Source: Tubiluchus corallicola
Lineage: Eukaryota > Animalia > Priapulida
Direction of reading: 5' to 3'
Length of the DNA stretch: 64,000 bases
NCBI GenBank assembly: GCA_030141605.1
Contig: JAQGDQ010000175.1
Span: 62,001-126,000, forward strand
This document shows positions 1-13,800 of the stretch, piece by piece. A model generated the notes under the pieces. The model was not told where the DNA came from. It made no database searches and worked only from the letters and a program-made list of their open reading frames with translations. Position numbers and translations under genes: made by a program. Numbering within the stretch: the first letter of the stretch is position 1; every line of letters begins with the position of its first letter.

Positions 1-593
1 TGACGTTTGGCTACAACAGTTAAAGTTAAACGGGAAAAAAGGCTATTTTAAAGTATGTCCTAAAAAACTTCCTACATAAAGCTATATTACTTTGTATTAC
101 GCTTACCAGTTTGAAAGATTTAAGTAATTAGAAAAAAATTCTAATGTGTGTACCACTCAGTCACCAAAAAACACATTATTCATCTTAAAGTAATTTACGT
201 TTTTGCTTAGTTACTGAAAAGTGTGATACGAATACTCTAATTATTTATTTTTTCAAACTTTATGCAATGTTATCTAAACTGATTTCAAATGACTTATCCT
301 TAAAATGGCTGGGTGTAATGGTCATCGCGGATTACTGTGCGCAACAGGATTGCATGTAAGTGATATAAAATTTTAGGAAGAATATTTTAAACTTTATTAA
401 CTAAGAGTGTTTTCTTGTGTTTTAACTTAAAAGCACAATCGCAAGACATATTTTAAAATCACAACTATGATTATACCAGCGGCCTCAACATGCTATTACC
501 AAAAGCAAGTTTAAAACAAACTATATGAACAAACTTGAACTTGCTCAATCAGTAAGTTATGTTAAAAAAATTGTTTATGACTATGACTTGTAG

Positions 594-3500
594 ATGAATA
601 TGACTTCAACCTTAAACAAGCTCAGCTGCCCATCATTGATAGAGATAGGTGTAACAGCGATGAATCATATAATGGCGCTGTCAGCACTAGTATGTTTTGT
701 GCCGGATATCTTGAAGGCGGTGATAGTCATTGCCAGGTAAGCTAATTGATGTTTATGCGAACCTATAAGTAATTTCAGTTCACTGATTTATTGTAAATTG
801 ATTTCGTCAACTACATTTTATCAATATTGTCACTTTTTCACGCTATACTCGTGCAAATGCGCGAAAGCAATGCTAAATAGGCTTCAAAGATTTTGCCCTC
901 CACTGGGACTCAAATGCAAGACCTCTTGCCTTCCGACATATCAACTCAGTCCTCAGCTTCTCTTTCAATCCAGTAACAAATATGCGTACAGGAAGCCCTT
1001 GTTGGGCTCCATTTTTCACAATTGCAAAATATCATGCCGATTGCTAATTATTCTGATCATACATAATCTCTGTTTAAAGTCGGGTGTACAACAGAAGAAC
1101 ATTAGCCAAACAGGCTATTCATACCGATTACAATAGACTACGCTAAAAATTTGATTAAAATAGACATACAATATTACTCAAATTGGAAATAAAATCAAAA
1201 GATGAAAAACAAAATGGGGTACTCTGCAAAATACAAAATAAAATTATACAAGCCAGGATAAAAACAAGACAGTCACAAATATTTGAAAAGGTTTAGCATC
1301 ACTTAATTCTGAGAATATGAAAAGATTATATGGAGATAAAAAGATCAGAAAACACTAAAACTGATTCACTAAAACAATGAAGATACAGAGTACTTAAAAT
1401 TAATTAACACAAATTAGGTAGCGCAAGTTGAGCGTCTACATATGTCCCCGCTCCATATGTTAATTTGCCTCAAGGAATCATTATAGTTAGTGACTATGCG
1501 CAATTGATTGGGCAATTCACTTCACATTTTAGAAGATGAATATCGAAAACTTTTTTATATATAATTCTGTGCGTACTCTGGGAATATTTAAGATGTTATC
1601 GTATTGTATTTGATAAAAGCTTTCTCTCAAATTAACCATATATAAGCTATCTGGACAGAGTTTATGTAGAGTTTTAAACACCTCTAACGCTATTAATCTT
1701 TGTCTTTTTTAATTTTTTTAATTTTAGCTTTTTCTCAACAACGTTTCGTAATCACTAAAGTAATCATTAAAGACAAAACGTAAGGCACGTTCTTGTAATT
1801 GTTCCAATTTTTGTGTGTTCGTTGCACCGCAGAAATGCCAAACTAATGGACAATAGTTGAAATTAAAAGATATGAAACCGTGGAAAATGGCTTACATTTT
1901 ACAGTTTACATTTAGTAAAGTTGACAGTCGTTTTAGAACATTAATTTGGCAAGAGGTACGCCTGCAAATGTTTGAAATATGTTCGTTAAAACTGAAATTA
2001 AAATCAATGTTAACACCTAGAATTTTGGCTGAATCTGCACAATCAATTTCCATATTTTGAATGACTTTAGTTTATCATGTGCCTTTACACCAAAACTAAC
2101 TGCCTGGAATTGACTAGGATTTGCTTTAAAACCATTGCAAGTGAACCAATTTAATAACCTTGGAAGTTTTCACTAAGATTATGCACGAGATTTTCAAAAT
2201 TTTCGGATATACAAAACAATGTGCTATCATCAGTATAGTTGAATAGTTTACAATCAGGCACACAATTAAAAATGTCATTTACAAAGACTTTAAATAATAA
2301 AGGACCCAATATAGATCTCTGTGGGACACCTTTGTCTGTATGTCCCCATTCACTAGAGACTGAACCTAGTTTGACACACTGAGATCGGTCACACAAGTAA
2401 CTACCAATTTAACTAAGAGCTTTATGTGAGGCGCCATAAATTTTCAATTTTTGCAACAGTAATGAGTATGGTATACAGTCAAAAGCTTTTGATAAGTCCA
2501 TCAGTACTGAAGCACAAAATTTCTTTTTATCTAGAGCTTGTTTTACAAAATTCAACTAAGTTTAACGGTGTTGTTTGGCAGCTGTATTTTTTCTAAAACC
2601 ACCAAGAGAGGCGTGAAAAATGTCATTGAAATATTCTGCTAATTGGTCATCTAATACTCGCTCAAAAACTTTTGAAATAGCTGGCAAAATGCTGACAGGC
2701 CTGTAGTTACTTTTGCAAGAGGACAATTTTTATGCAGTGGTCTTATTCTGCCTGCTCGAGCCTGTTAGGAAAGTAACTCTTTGTGAGCACGGAGCTTACC
2801 AAATTAGTGAGTGGGCTTTCCAAGGCTTGATCAGCTATTTTTAATAACTTAGCTGGTATACCATCTACTTCAGTCCCTTTTCTTTTTGACAGAGATCTCA
2901 TAACTAGCGATATCTCATAATTTCGTTATCAGTAACAAGGCTAAAGTCAAAATTGCATTTACGGGGACAATATTTGAGCAAGACCATTTCCAAGTGATTT
3001 AGTAACATTTAGGAAATAATCGTTCAGAATATTGCAGACCTTATTTTGGTCAGTAACAATGATGTCACTTTCTTGCAAAGTGATAAAATCGTCACCAAGC
3101 TTTGATTTGCATGACAGCTTGATAGTGGACCAGAAATCCTTTGAGGTTTGTTCACTATCACATCGATCAAAGAAGCATTGCTTTATGGATTTCTTTCTTA
3201 GTTTAGTACTAAAAATTTTCGCTGATTGCGGTAACTATAGCAGCTATAAGCATTTTCACATTTTTTATATTTATTAAAAAGCATATTTTTCTTATAAATA
3301 TTTTTACGTAATTCTGGGTTTATATAAGGAGTATTCTTTATAGGTTTACGACTTTTTGTAGATCAATCCAAGTCTTATCAATTTAATCAATGAATTGCAT
3401 TTACTTGACACTGACTCAAATAGAGAGGAGTCATTAAAGTCGACAGGTTTTGTTTTTAACATTGGCACAAGCATGGGGAACATGAACAATGGACGAGCTT

Positions 3501-3736
3501 TTATCATTTAAAATATCCTATCGTAGGCTGATGAATAATTATAATCGTAAAGTCTCATATTTGTTTAGGGTGATGACGGCGGTCCACTAGTTGCTCAGCA
3601 TGGCTCTGGGCACTGGGTTGTGCATGGAGTAGTATCATGGATAGGGGGAAACTGCGGTGATAGAAATTACCCAGGCGTCTACAGTCGAGTGGGTAGTTTC
3701 GTCAACTGGATTTATGATATGATGATGGCTATGTGA
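594..3736 (+). CDS. Trypsin-like (S1) serine protease homologue, last two exons only (5' partial); catalytic Ser replaced by Asp
   Basis: Exon 594-736 (tag|AT..CAG|gtaag) reads [47 protein letters not shown]; exon 3569-3736 reads [55 protein letters not shown]. Typical S1 C-terminal half (MFCAG, CQG-x-x-GGPL, PGVY.RV..F..WI) with phase-0 intron between CQ and G. Upstream exons not identified in the window. Confidence 0.9.
1400..3360 (-). mobile_element. Decayed non-LTR retrotransposon (CR1/L2/Daphne-like ORF2, reverse transcriptase) in protease intron
   Basis: Minus-strand 2151-2396 gives [29 protein letters not shown] (RT GVPQGS/YADD motifs); further upstream fragments [33 protein letters not shown]; many stops and frameshifts. 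Boundaries approximate. Confidence 0.88.
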
Positions 3737-5749
3737 AAAATCTACGCACTTCTGAGCATTATGTGTAGAGCAAGACAGCAATGCACCTATCTGTGTTTCT
3801 GAACTTATAATCAAAATCCTAAAACAGTTTGTAATGCCACATTTTTGCCATTTATACGAAATATTTTTTGCCTAACTTATTTGCTTATTCCTATTTACAT
3901 AAAAATGAAGGCACGTCCGATTTGGCAGGAACAGGCTCATTCTGAATTACTTGCTTTCGTGACTTGATATTTCGTCTTTTCTGTTATATTTTATATAGGC
4001 GTAAGTCTATAATTGTAGCTTACATTACGTCTTCAAGCTTTTTCAACATTAAGTAATTCTTTAAGGTATTATTTGTAGTTTACCCAAAACCACAATTAAA
4101 AGCAATTCTGTAACAGCTGGAATATTTTGTGATCTCTCTAAATACTTTGACGTAGTTGATGTCGCCATGCAGGATATATCACCTTTATTTGGTTTTAATA
4201 ATTACGTTGCTATCAACACTCAGCGACTTCAATGTAATGCCACTTGTTTTGATCAGTTAGTCACCAAATGTGTGGTTTATACGGTTTGATTGTTGGTCTT
4301 TTGTTATTCTTAACGTATATCAATGCAAAAAATGTAAGCAATATCTCTCACCTTGAACAATTAATGCCTTTCACAAGCATTGCATATTTACACAATTCCA
4401 CGTAACTTTAATCCCACAATCCCCTGATTTTACCATAATTAAACCATGAGAGCATCGTTGTTGCAACTTAAGTTATCGTTGTTACAACGTAAGTTTCTTC
4501 GTACCCGTTGAGATCTGTCAGCTATTCTTAACGTTCATTTAATGATGTAAACTACTATCCAGTTGTGATGCATAGTGGTGATATAGCTACGTACAAAACT
4601 AATTTCAGTCTACTTTCCCTTTTTTAGTAATTATATGTAAAATGAAGTATTTAGCATCATAATGCCAGATTTAATCTGTTTATGATTATTTGTAGAACGA
4701 GTTATGTTTAATAGTAGTAATAATAATAATGATGATGATAAAAATTTGTTTTTATAATGTGCCATTTACATAATATATTTCATCAAGAGCGCAGCGTACA
4801 GAATAAACAAAAATTTCAGTCAAAGATTCGTATAAATATTGGGTACTTGCACTAGGTTTAGCCTATATACATTAGTAAATTATAAGAAAGCATATATTAA
4901 AGAATGATGTAATTGAAACGCAGTCTTATGTACACGCCTACGTCACGTTATAATGTGAACACATAGAATGAGTTATAACGTAAATTAGTACACGTTATAA
5001 TTAAGGATTTGAGATTCACGAAAATGCTGTTTTAAACAAAAAGTTGCTAAGAGCCAAGACGAGTCATATCAATACTATCACGTGGATAAGCACGTGACAT
5101 CAGACATGTCTTCAAGCACTATGTTCCGTGCTTGAAGACATCTATTATTGTACTTTATACAAATAATCGTACTCATCCTTCATGTACATTAGTACTGATT
5201 GTAGCTATGGTAGTATTGCAACCCAAATGACAGATTACAAAATCGTATTGTCGATCTGGTCAGGTCTCTTTTGAAGTCTTTTGCTCTTCGAACGTCTGTT
5301 GCTACCATTAGTCTCTTGGATCTCTACTTCAATGGAAGATGTTCACATGTCATAAGTTCCTAAGCGGATGGTACGGGCAGTTTAGTCTAGGTGCACCTTA
5401 TGTTGCTGTTTCTCATAATTATACCTTAGACATTCTTAGATGCAGAATTGTTGTTCATAAATCCACTTCCAAAAGAACGTTCATAAGTAACCTATAGCAC
5501 TGGCAATTTAGTTGTTTTAACATATAGCCGTGTTTATCCCAGACGGTATTTGAACTCGTACCTGCTGTGTCAGGATGATATTCTGTAAAATGAGAATAAC
5601 GTAGGCGAAGCGTCAAGCGTACAAGATATTACTCTCGCCAGGAAGCTAAAAGAAAAGAAAATATCTTTCGTAATTTTTGGGCATGTTTCCAAAAACGGTG
5701 AGCAGGTCCGACTTCTACACACATGCACATGCTAATTATGGCGTAGAAT

Positions 5750-6366
5750 GCGGGCAGTTTATGATTAAAAAACACCCTCGGCAATATAACGCAAAAAAAA
5801 CAATGATTCCAAAACTCTAATAATCAATTTAATTAAGCAAACGGTAGGCATGAAAAAGACTACCACAAACTAGACCCGGACATTATGCAGGAAAAGCACA
5901 CGTTGCCGTTTCAACATCCACGGGTGGCAGATCCAGGTCTGTAGAATGATTCCGCTGAAGATCACTGCTATCAGGAACATACCATACACTTGAACAGGAT
6001 CCACGGAGCCAATGCATGCCGGTACAGTCGAAGGTAGTTTCCCAAACCATATGTCTTGAAAACACCGTAGAGGCAGAAAGATGATTCGTCTGGTTCAAGA
6101 AAATTCAGTATCTGCAGGCGGTAGCCACAGGATGAACGTCAAGCACTCGTCTTGTCTGGAAACCATCGTATGTGGAACCAAACGGATCCCTCTTGGACAC
6201 ATGAAAACGTCAACTTCAAGCGTCATGACGAGAAAAATGTCCACAAAGGTGCTCTGTGTGCTATTTACAAAACAGCTGGCGCCAATAAAACGTAGTCATG
6301 ACGTACATCAGGTATTTTATCAAACACGGCAACAAAGGCAGTAAACATAGGCCATTAACGCGTTAA
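5750..6366 (+). mobile_element. Possible highly decayed piggyBac-like 3' end
   Basis: GC-richer coding-like island with broken Cys-rich fragments (ACRYSRR, CPQRCSVCY) ending at GGCCATTAACGCGTTAA, a TTAA-bounded terminus. No matching left end found. Confidence 0.25.
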
Positions 6367-7773
6367 GACGTAGTGGTTTCTCTGCATGAAACATAAAAGA
6401 AAAAGTATCAACAAAAACGTGATAGTTTAAAACGCATTATCTCGACAAGGCAGGGTCTGAAGCAAGACATATAATATCACTTTGTTGTCTTTTCTGTGGC
6501 CTAAAAACCACGTAGACTTTTTCAGATACATATCAAAAGCCAAGTCAATTTCCTACTGGCCGAACTCCAAGGTAAACTAGTTATGCTAATATTATGTACA
6601 TAACATTTATGTCAGGAAAAACTAGTTAGAATTTTGAACAACAGGTATCAGCGTAAGGTTATAGCAAGAAATTATTAGATGAAGAATTTATAAAGAGAAT
6701 AAATAATTACTGCCTAGGGGTTGCACACAAAAGTGTATATAATCTGCTAGTGGGAACTATTACAGTTGTAATAAATCAATTGTTTGTATTTTTATTTCCA
6801 CTTTTTTATTGTAGGCCTTTGTCCTGAAAGGTCACTGGTCAGATGTGTAAACAATAATTGATAAAATAAAATAAAATAAAAACACTATAACTTTTGGAGA
6901 ACATGAGTTAGAGAGCTACTAATATATGAAATATTATAAAATACTGTGTTATTAAAACGATGAAAACAATTTACTCACAGTACTCACCTTGATCGATAGC
7001 TAGGCTTTCGATTTGTACTAAAATCTCCATCAGAACACCCTACACAGGGCAAAACTGAAACACACAGCTTCAAATAATTTTAAATAAAAGAGAATCAAAT
7101 AATGTAACAATTTACCAACGAAACAAGTGCTGTTAATATCACAGCACTGAAGCAGAAATGTCACTCAGGTTAAAATATTACTTGATGTATATTTGTTTCA
7201 TAGTTAAGTTCAAAGGGATGTATGTCAATATTTTCAATGATTCTCATTTTTACGTATTGAAAGAATGGCATGTACATAGAATCGATTAACAACCAGTTGA
7301 TGACTAGAACGAGTATAAGCTTGTGTGTGGCCTGCTAATTTTGTTCCTAACTAAAGACCTGTTAAGTGTCTTATGGGACGAGATTGAGTGTCGAGTGTTG
7401 AGTGGCGACAAGATTATGCTCATTCTTCTGATAAACTGTTGGTTTTCGCTTCCGCATTACAGGTCATTCTTTCCAAAACAGAAAAATTAAGGATTGCTGA
7501 AAATAGGCAACTGAAAATGTTGAGGAAAAGTTAAATTGTTGGGTAAGAACTCCAAACACTGAATCTTCGGAATGACCCTCCGGAATGGTTACATTATTTG
7601 ATTCTGTGTTGTTTAAAAATATGTATTTTAAGGTACATGTGTAAGATATTCCACTATTTAATTTGTTCCACTATTAAATTTTAGTTGTTTTAGTTACATT
7701 ATTTTTGCCCTTATCCTTTCAGGGTGTTATCTAAGTCTTACCATTTCTACCTTTGACCAGCTACACAGTAATC

Positions 7774-7821
7774 ATGAGTTTAAACAAATATGCACCTCTG
7801 TATGGAACATCTGCTCATTAA
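7774..7821 (+). promoter_or_regulatory. 15-codon uORF in leader of DUF885 copy 1
   Basis: ATG 7774..TAA 7821 (MSLNKYAPLYGTSAH*), 72 nt upstream of the main ATG and downstream of an acceptor-like TTTCAG at 7722; TATAAG at 7314 and a GTAAG donor at ~7543 suggest a non-coding first exon. Confidence 0.45.
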
Positions 7822-7845
7822 ATCACCAAATTACCGCATTAAAAC

Positions 7846-10800
7846 ATGGCGAACAAAAGTCATAAAACAGCACTTGTAGTTGTCCTTACATGCGTCTGTT
7901 TAGCACTAATAGCTGTCACTGTCACTCTAGCAATAGTTCTAACTAGAAGTGATGTGAAAACTGTGCAAGAGTTGTGCGACGAATACTGGAATTGGAGGCT
8001 GGATCAGGCTCCGGAATTTGCTACGTACGTCGGAGATACAAGTAGAAATGAGAGGTTGGAATCTTATTCGTTATCGGCATGGAATCAAAGAGAGGTAACT
8101 AAAAATTTAACTTATTAATGTTTTTCGCCTTCTTCTATTCAATGAAACACTGATCATTGGGTAACTGTTGCGCGCATTGATAACTGTTAATGTATATCCA
8201 CGACTGTAAACCTAGTTGTCCTTTTTATAAGGATACGCGACATTTGGGCACGGGACACTTGGGCACGAGACATATAAGCACGGGACACTTGGACTCGAGA
8301 ATTTGGGCATGGGACATTTGGGCAGGGGCACTTTTGCACGAGACATTTGGTCACCAATAAAATTTAATACTGCACCCACTTTTTTATTTTTGTTTATTAA
8401 GTGTCTTATTGACTCACTATAATTTCTTAATTTTCACAATGTTTTTTTAATAATCATCGCCTCACTTATTTAAACGTGTGCAGCCAGTCATGATATTAAA
8501 AAGAAAACCAGTCAATTGACTTTGCAGTTTCTAGTTCGCACCTTAGTTCTGTATTTTATGTGTACCTTTTAAGTTGAAAGAAACTGAAGAAGTTACCGCG
8601 ACTTTAAATTAGATTTTACTAAAATGGAATTGGAATTAGAATAATTAATTACAATAGTATTAGAACTATTAAAATATGACAGCAGTTTATATCAAAAATA
8701 TTTAGCGCATCACAAAAACAGTAAATAACAGATATGTGAGCCACAAAAAATCTATGCACACCAAAATTTTGCGTGAGTACCAGTGGTGCAGCAATTTAAT
8801 CTCCTTAATTTAGCCACGATTTATATTTTTATTTATTTTTTCACTCCTCCCTTTTTGTTCTTTGATAACTCGTACACGCACTGGGCTAGGGTCAAAACTC
8901 ACAGGGCACACTTCCAGGCAGGGGGGTTTATTGTTCGCGCATGACCCGTCACCCCTGGGTCAAAGGTCACGGAGCGAGCGGGACTTGTTGTTTTTCCGTT
9001 AGGCTTGATCTCATCCTACAATTTTTGAGCTAGGGCTAGAGTTTTTGGAATATTGCTAAGCGGGGCAGAGTTTTTGTGCACGGCTAAGTATGAGCTAATT
9101 GCGTTTAGGAAATTTTTCGGTAGGAGGCAAAGAACAAAATCGAGGGTGTCTGGGACACCAATTGCTTCCAATGTCGAGTAACAGTATCGTGCATGTTGTT
9201 ATAATTATGCTAGGAAAGGGTAAACGAGATTTTCGTAGAGAAATGCGGGCTTTGATTCAGGCTTACCTAAGCAGGAGTGGTGCATCGGTACAAGTTAATG
9301 CGCTGTCTTCCTTTATTGCAGGAAGACATGAAACTTTTGCTGGAAGATATAAACAACACTGAGGAGGAACTGGATCTTAGTGAAGAGGAAGCCACAAATT
9401 TGAAAATATTGAAACAAGAAATACAGATGTTTCTAGATGGGCTTCCGTATAAAGGGTAGGCACATAACTCGCTTTCTGACTGGGAAGGAGAGCTAACGTA
9501 TTAATGTTTCGTGGACTTTGGGCATGAATATAGATCATTTCATTTCTTCAATTCCTTCTACACTTTTTCGAAAATAGGAAATACTACCAACATACTGTAT
9601 TACAATGAAAAACTTTTCCTGTTATTGTAATATAATTGTGTTCAGCTAGTGTACGTCTGGTTTGAAGAATATTGAATTAAGATAATTATAAATTAGCAGG
9701 TACTTTATAGCCATATTAGTCAACTAAGGTTAGTTCTATATAACTTCAAAGTTGTACCAATCTTATTTTAAAATAGGTACTTTTTCACTATCAATTTTCT
9801 GGAAGGTATCCACTTAGATTTTGCCTCACTGATTTCATACATGCCAATTGAAACTGTTGAGGATTATGAAAACATTCTGTCTCGATTCGATGCTTTTCCG
9901 ACACAGGTAATATATGATAGTGAGTAACGCTATTATTCTGTTACAGCTATACATGCACTGTGGATAGTCTTTATAATAATTTTGAATTTAGTTTTTCGTT
10001 CATTAACAAAATGAGGTACTATACCGGTTTATTTGTGAACATGTACAATTAGCCTTTGAACTCTTTTCAGATTGATGAAATTCAAGAACTTTTACAAGAA
10101 GCTATCATTCAAGGATTTACATACCCTGCTGAGGCTATGGTAAAATTGTGTTAATATGCAATTTTTGAATGACAACTAAGCCTTGTTGCTGTTGTTGTCA
10201 TCGCCGTATTCATCATTTTGTTCCAGTGAAGTGAAATTAAATATAATAAAAATAAGAGTACATGTTAATGTTATGCTGTTTTTGGCCGTTTCTGTTGTTG
10301 TTGTTGTTGTTGTTGTTGTTATTATTATTGTCTTTATCGTCATTATTGTTTGCTGCAAGTGTCGTAATCACTATCGATGTTGATGTCACTATCGCTTTTG
10401 CCATATTTTTAGCAGTCACAATTTTTGCACTTTCTCGATATCGTTGCTGTTACTACGTTTGTCACTGTTGTCACGACCTGGTGAAGTCAGCTTGTACCTT
10501 CGTAAATTCATGATTGCGTACTTTAATAGGTGTAAATATACTTCATACAGTACTTTGCCCGTAACAATGCCAATGCTTTTTTGAAAAATCAATGTTGCTT
10601 TTTCTTCCGTGTCTTATCAAATTATGTCTTAAAATATGGAAATGTTTAATAGACTATAGAATTGCTACACGAAAACCAAAAATAAGCAGAAATCATTGAA
10701 AAACGTGTATTTACAGTTTTGTAAAATTCAGTTCAACTCCCTACTTCTTCAAGGCATAAAGGTTCAATTTTGTTTCAGAAAGGCGTAATTGCTCAGTTCC

Positions 10801-13800
10801 AGTCCTACCACGTAGAGTTTTCAAATCAATCCGTTTTCTACGAGCCATTCAAACAAATTCCTCCTTCATTTGAAGACAGCATCAGGTAAATTACTAGGGC
10901 AGTTAATTTTTATCGAGAAAACGCTGTTGGTAAAAATGAAAATGACTGTCTCAAAAAAGTTCTTAATATAGAGAAGGCCATTTTCTAACTCTGCCCTAGA
11001 AAAATAATTCCTGTTACAATATGTTCAGTCCTACGAGGGTTTATGTAATGCTTAACACAGAGTAAGAAAAAAACAGTAACAAATGACCACCGACGAACTG
11101 ACCAACCATTCAACCAACAAACCAACCAAACTACCAATTAGTAAATAATTAAATCAACTAACTAACTAGCAAAATGGTAAGGCAAGATTTATCTTTTCAG
11201 AACTGAATTACAGACAAAGGGTCTCGAGGCTGTAGAAGGCAAAGTCTTACCTGCTCTAAAGAAGCTCGAAGATTTCATGGAAAATGTACGAGAAGTGTTG
11301 AAAAGCAAGTTTGAAAGGCTTAATTTTTAAATGTTCGAGTGTTTAAATAGTTAATAGATTTAAAATTTTACGATCGACTATAAGTGAACTTTACTGATGC
11401 TAGGTATATATATATATTGAAAATATTGTAAAAATAGTTTACATTAAGGCCAAGCTCAGACATGCAATTTTCTGTTGTGCAATTAAACGTTGTAAAATCT
11501 GTAAATAACTAGTCTATGAGAGCACGCTGATTACATGCAACTAAAACTGCGCAATTAAAAATTACAGTCTGGGCTCAAACTTTTAGTTGAACAACTGTTT
11601 TGTAATGTACTGTTCTCAATTAGAGCGCGCAGACATGTAATTTTCAATTGTGCAACTTTTAATATAAACACAACAGTTTAGCATGAGAAAAAAGCAGTGC
11701 CTAATGAAGAGGCACCATTCAATAAAAGGAAAAAAGAAAAACAGATTAGTGGATGTTTTTGAATGCATCAAAAACTGTGATAAGGTTCTACTTTTTGTGT
11801 ATTTTTTAAATTAGCAGGTATATAAAAAATACAAAAAGTATAAGTAATATCCGTATACAATAAATTTGTTATTTTATTCGTTATTCTATTTATCATTTTT
11901 GTGCAGTTTTTGTGCGCAAGATAAAGCGTGCCTATAATTACAGCTGCCACACGCGTTTAGATTTTTGCATGGATAGAACTAGTAAAACGACTGTGCAAAC
12001 TCTATTTATCCAAACAGAAAAATAGTTTAATATCAACGTAGGTTTAACGATGATGTAGTAAAGTCACTGAGGGAATACCTCCTCTGCCGGAATGGTTTTT
12101 CTCCAGCTAGCGTTCGTGTATGTGATGAATGATCTAATAACACTTAAGAGTTCATCAAGACTGTTTGGACTCATCCAATAATAACTAAAGAATTTATTCT
12201 AAGGAGCCCGTAAGTCGTCACAGAACTTTTAAGGTGTCCTTTCAATAATCGCACGCTTGTTATTGTACGTGCTTTATTTTTCGGGTGTCCCTTTGTTTTT
12301 TTGTGAATTAATAATACACATATGCAAACAGCGTCTTCAAACTTGATACCGCCAGTTGCACAATCTAAAATTGCATGTGTGCACGTTTTATCTTGGTACA
12401 CCAGTAGAATTGCTGCAATTTTCAGTTGTGCAACTTTTAGTTACACAATTGAAAATTGCGTATGTCCACGGATACCCAAGTCTACATTTCTGCGCTAATA
12501 ATTACATCCGTCATAGGACTACATGAAAAACCTCAGGAAAGACATTGCCATTTCTAGTGTGCCAAATGGTCAGGAAATGTACAAGCAACTAATTACGTAT
12601 TACGCAGGAACATCAATGACTGCTGAAACAGTGCATGAGATTGGCAACAATGAAGTTAATAGAATATTGGAAAACATGTTGAAGGTAAATCTTTAGAAAT
12701 TGGAGGGGAGGGGATAAACCGTTGCACAAGTATAGGAAAGTTATCAAAACAGCTAAAGGACAAACAAAATTTGCAGACCAATTTTTTACGTACCAGTCTC
12801 AAACCATCTTTAATCGTTCTTTGACTCCCTAGCTAGCCATGTCATTCCATTCACAGTTCGGCTTATTCGGTCTACTGCTGTTACTACTATCATAAATGTA
12901 ACGATGATACAGGACAATATTGTAGAGTGGCGAATAGTAGGCTAGTGCTATTGCCTGGAATTAGCGTAGAGTGGAGTACTGCCATAGACAAAGTTTTAGG
13001 AATAAAAAATCTTGGGTTGAAACTACTAACATTTATCTATTTGAAATGAACAAAAAATGGAAAAATGTAATTTATTTTCTGCAGTGTCAGTGTTGCTTTG
13101 CTTTTGAAACAATGGTTAATAGTTTTGTTTTAGTTGTGTCTTTTTGTTTCCTGGAACAGATTGTTGAAAGTCAAGGTTTTGATAACAAATTTGAATTTGA
13201 TGAATGGCTGAAAAGTAACGAAACAAACTTCTACGATAATTCAGTAAGTATTTCATTATTAACAGTTTCATCAAAGAAACAAAAGTACTATAATTTCTGT
13301 TATGTATCTCACCATCACAGCGTTATAGTGGAAAATTAACACTTCGATAATAAATTCAAACGCCTGCCAATCATCATAATGGAATTATATCTTCGCAATT
13401 TTGATTATCCCGATTTCTTTATTATTCTTGATGACAAATAAAAATACAAAATAAAACAAGTGTTGTTTTTGTGTAAATTCACACGACGTAATATCCATTA
13501 GCCGAAGTGTGATCGCATAGTGGTAGTAACAAAGTTTGTTTACATAGCAAGTATATAAACAAGCATAATAATATCATTATTACGAGTGACACGGAGAGTG
13601 TAGCAAGTGAGAACATCCAGCAGAAGCAAGTCCCCGACACTTGCTCTGCAACGCCTTATTTACCCAGTCTGGTTAGAACGGTAACCTCCTGGAGGGTGCC
13701 GTCATATCTATTTTTACCGTCATCATGGTTAGCAACTGGAAAGTGCCTTCCCAGCCCGTTGCGATGATGATGAGCTCGTTGTCATCGTTATCAGCAGGGA

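Noticed and set aside
8239-8355. 15-bp repeat array as CRISPR or regulatory array
   Set aside because: No spacers; inverted counterpart at 24450-24560 shows it is a transposon end.
10176-10513. Overlapping poly-T/V/N/L ORFs (also 21371-21568)
   Set aside because: Translation of trinucleotide microsatellites.
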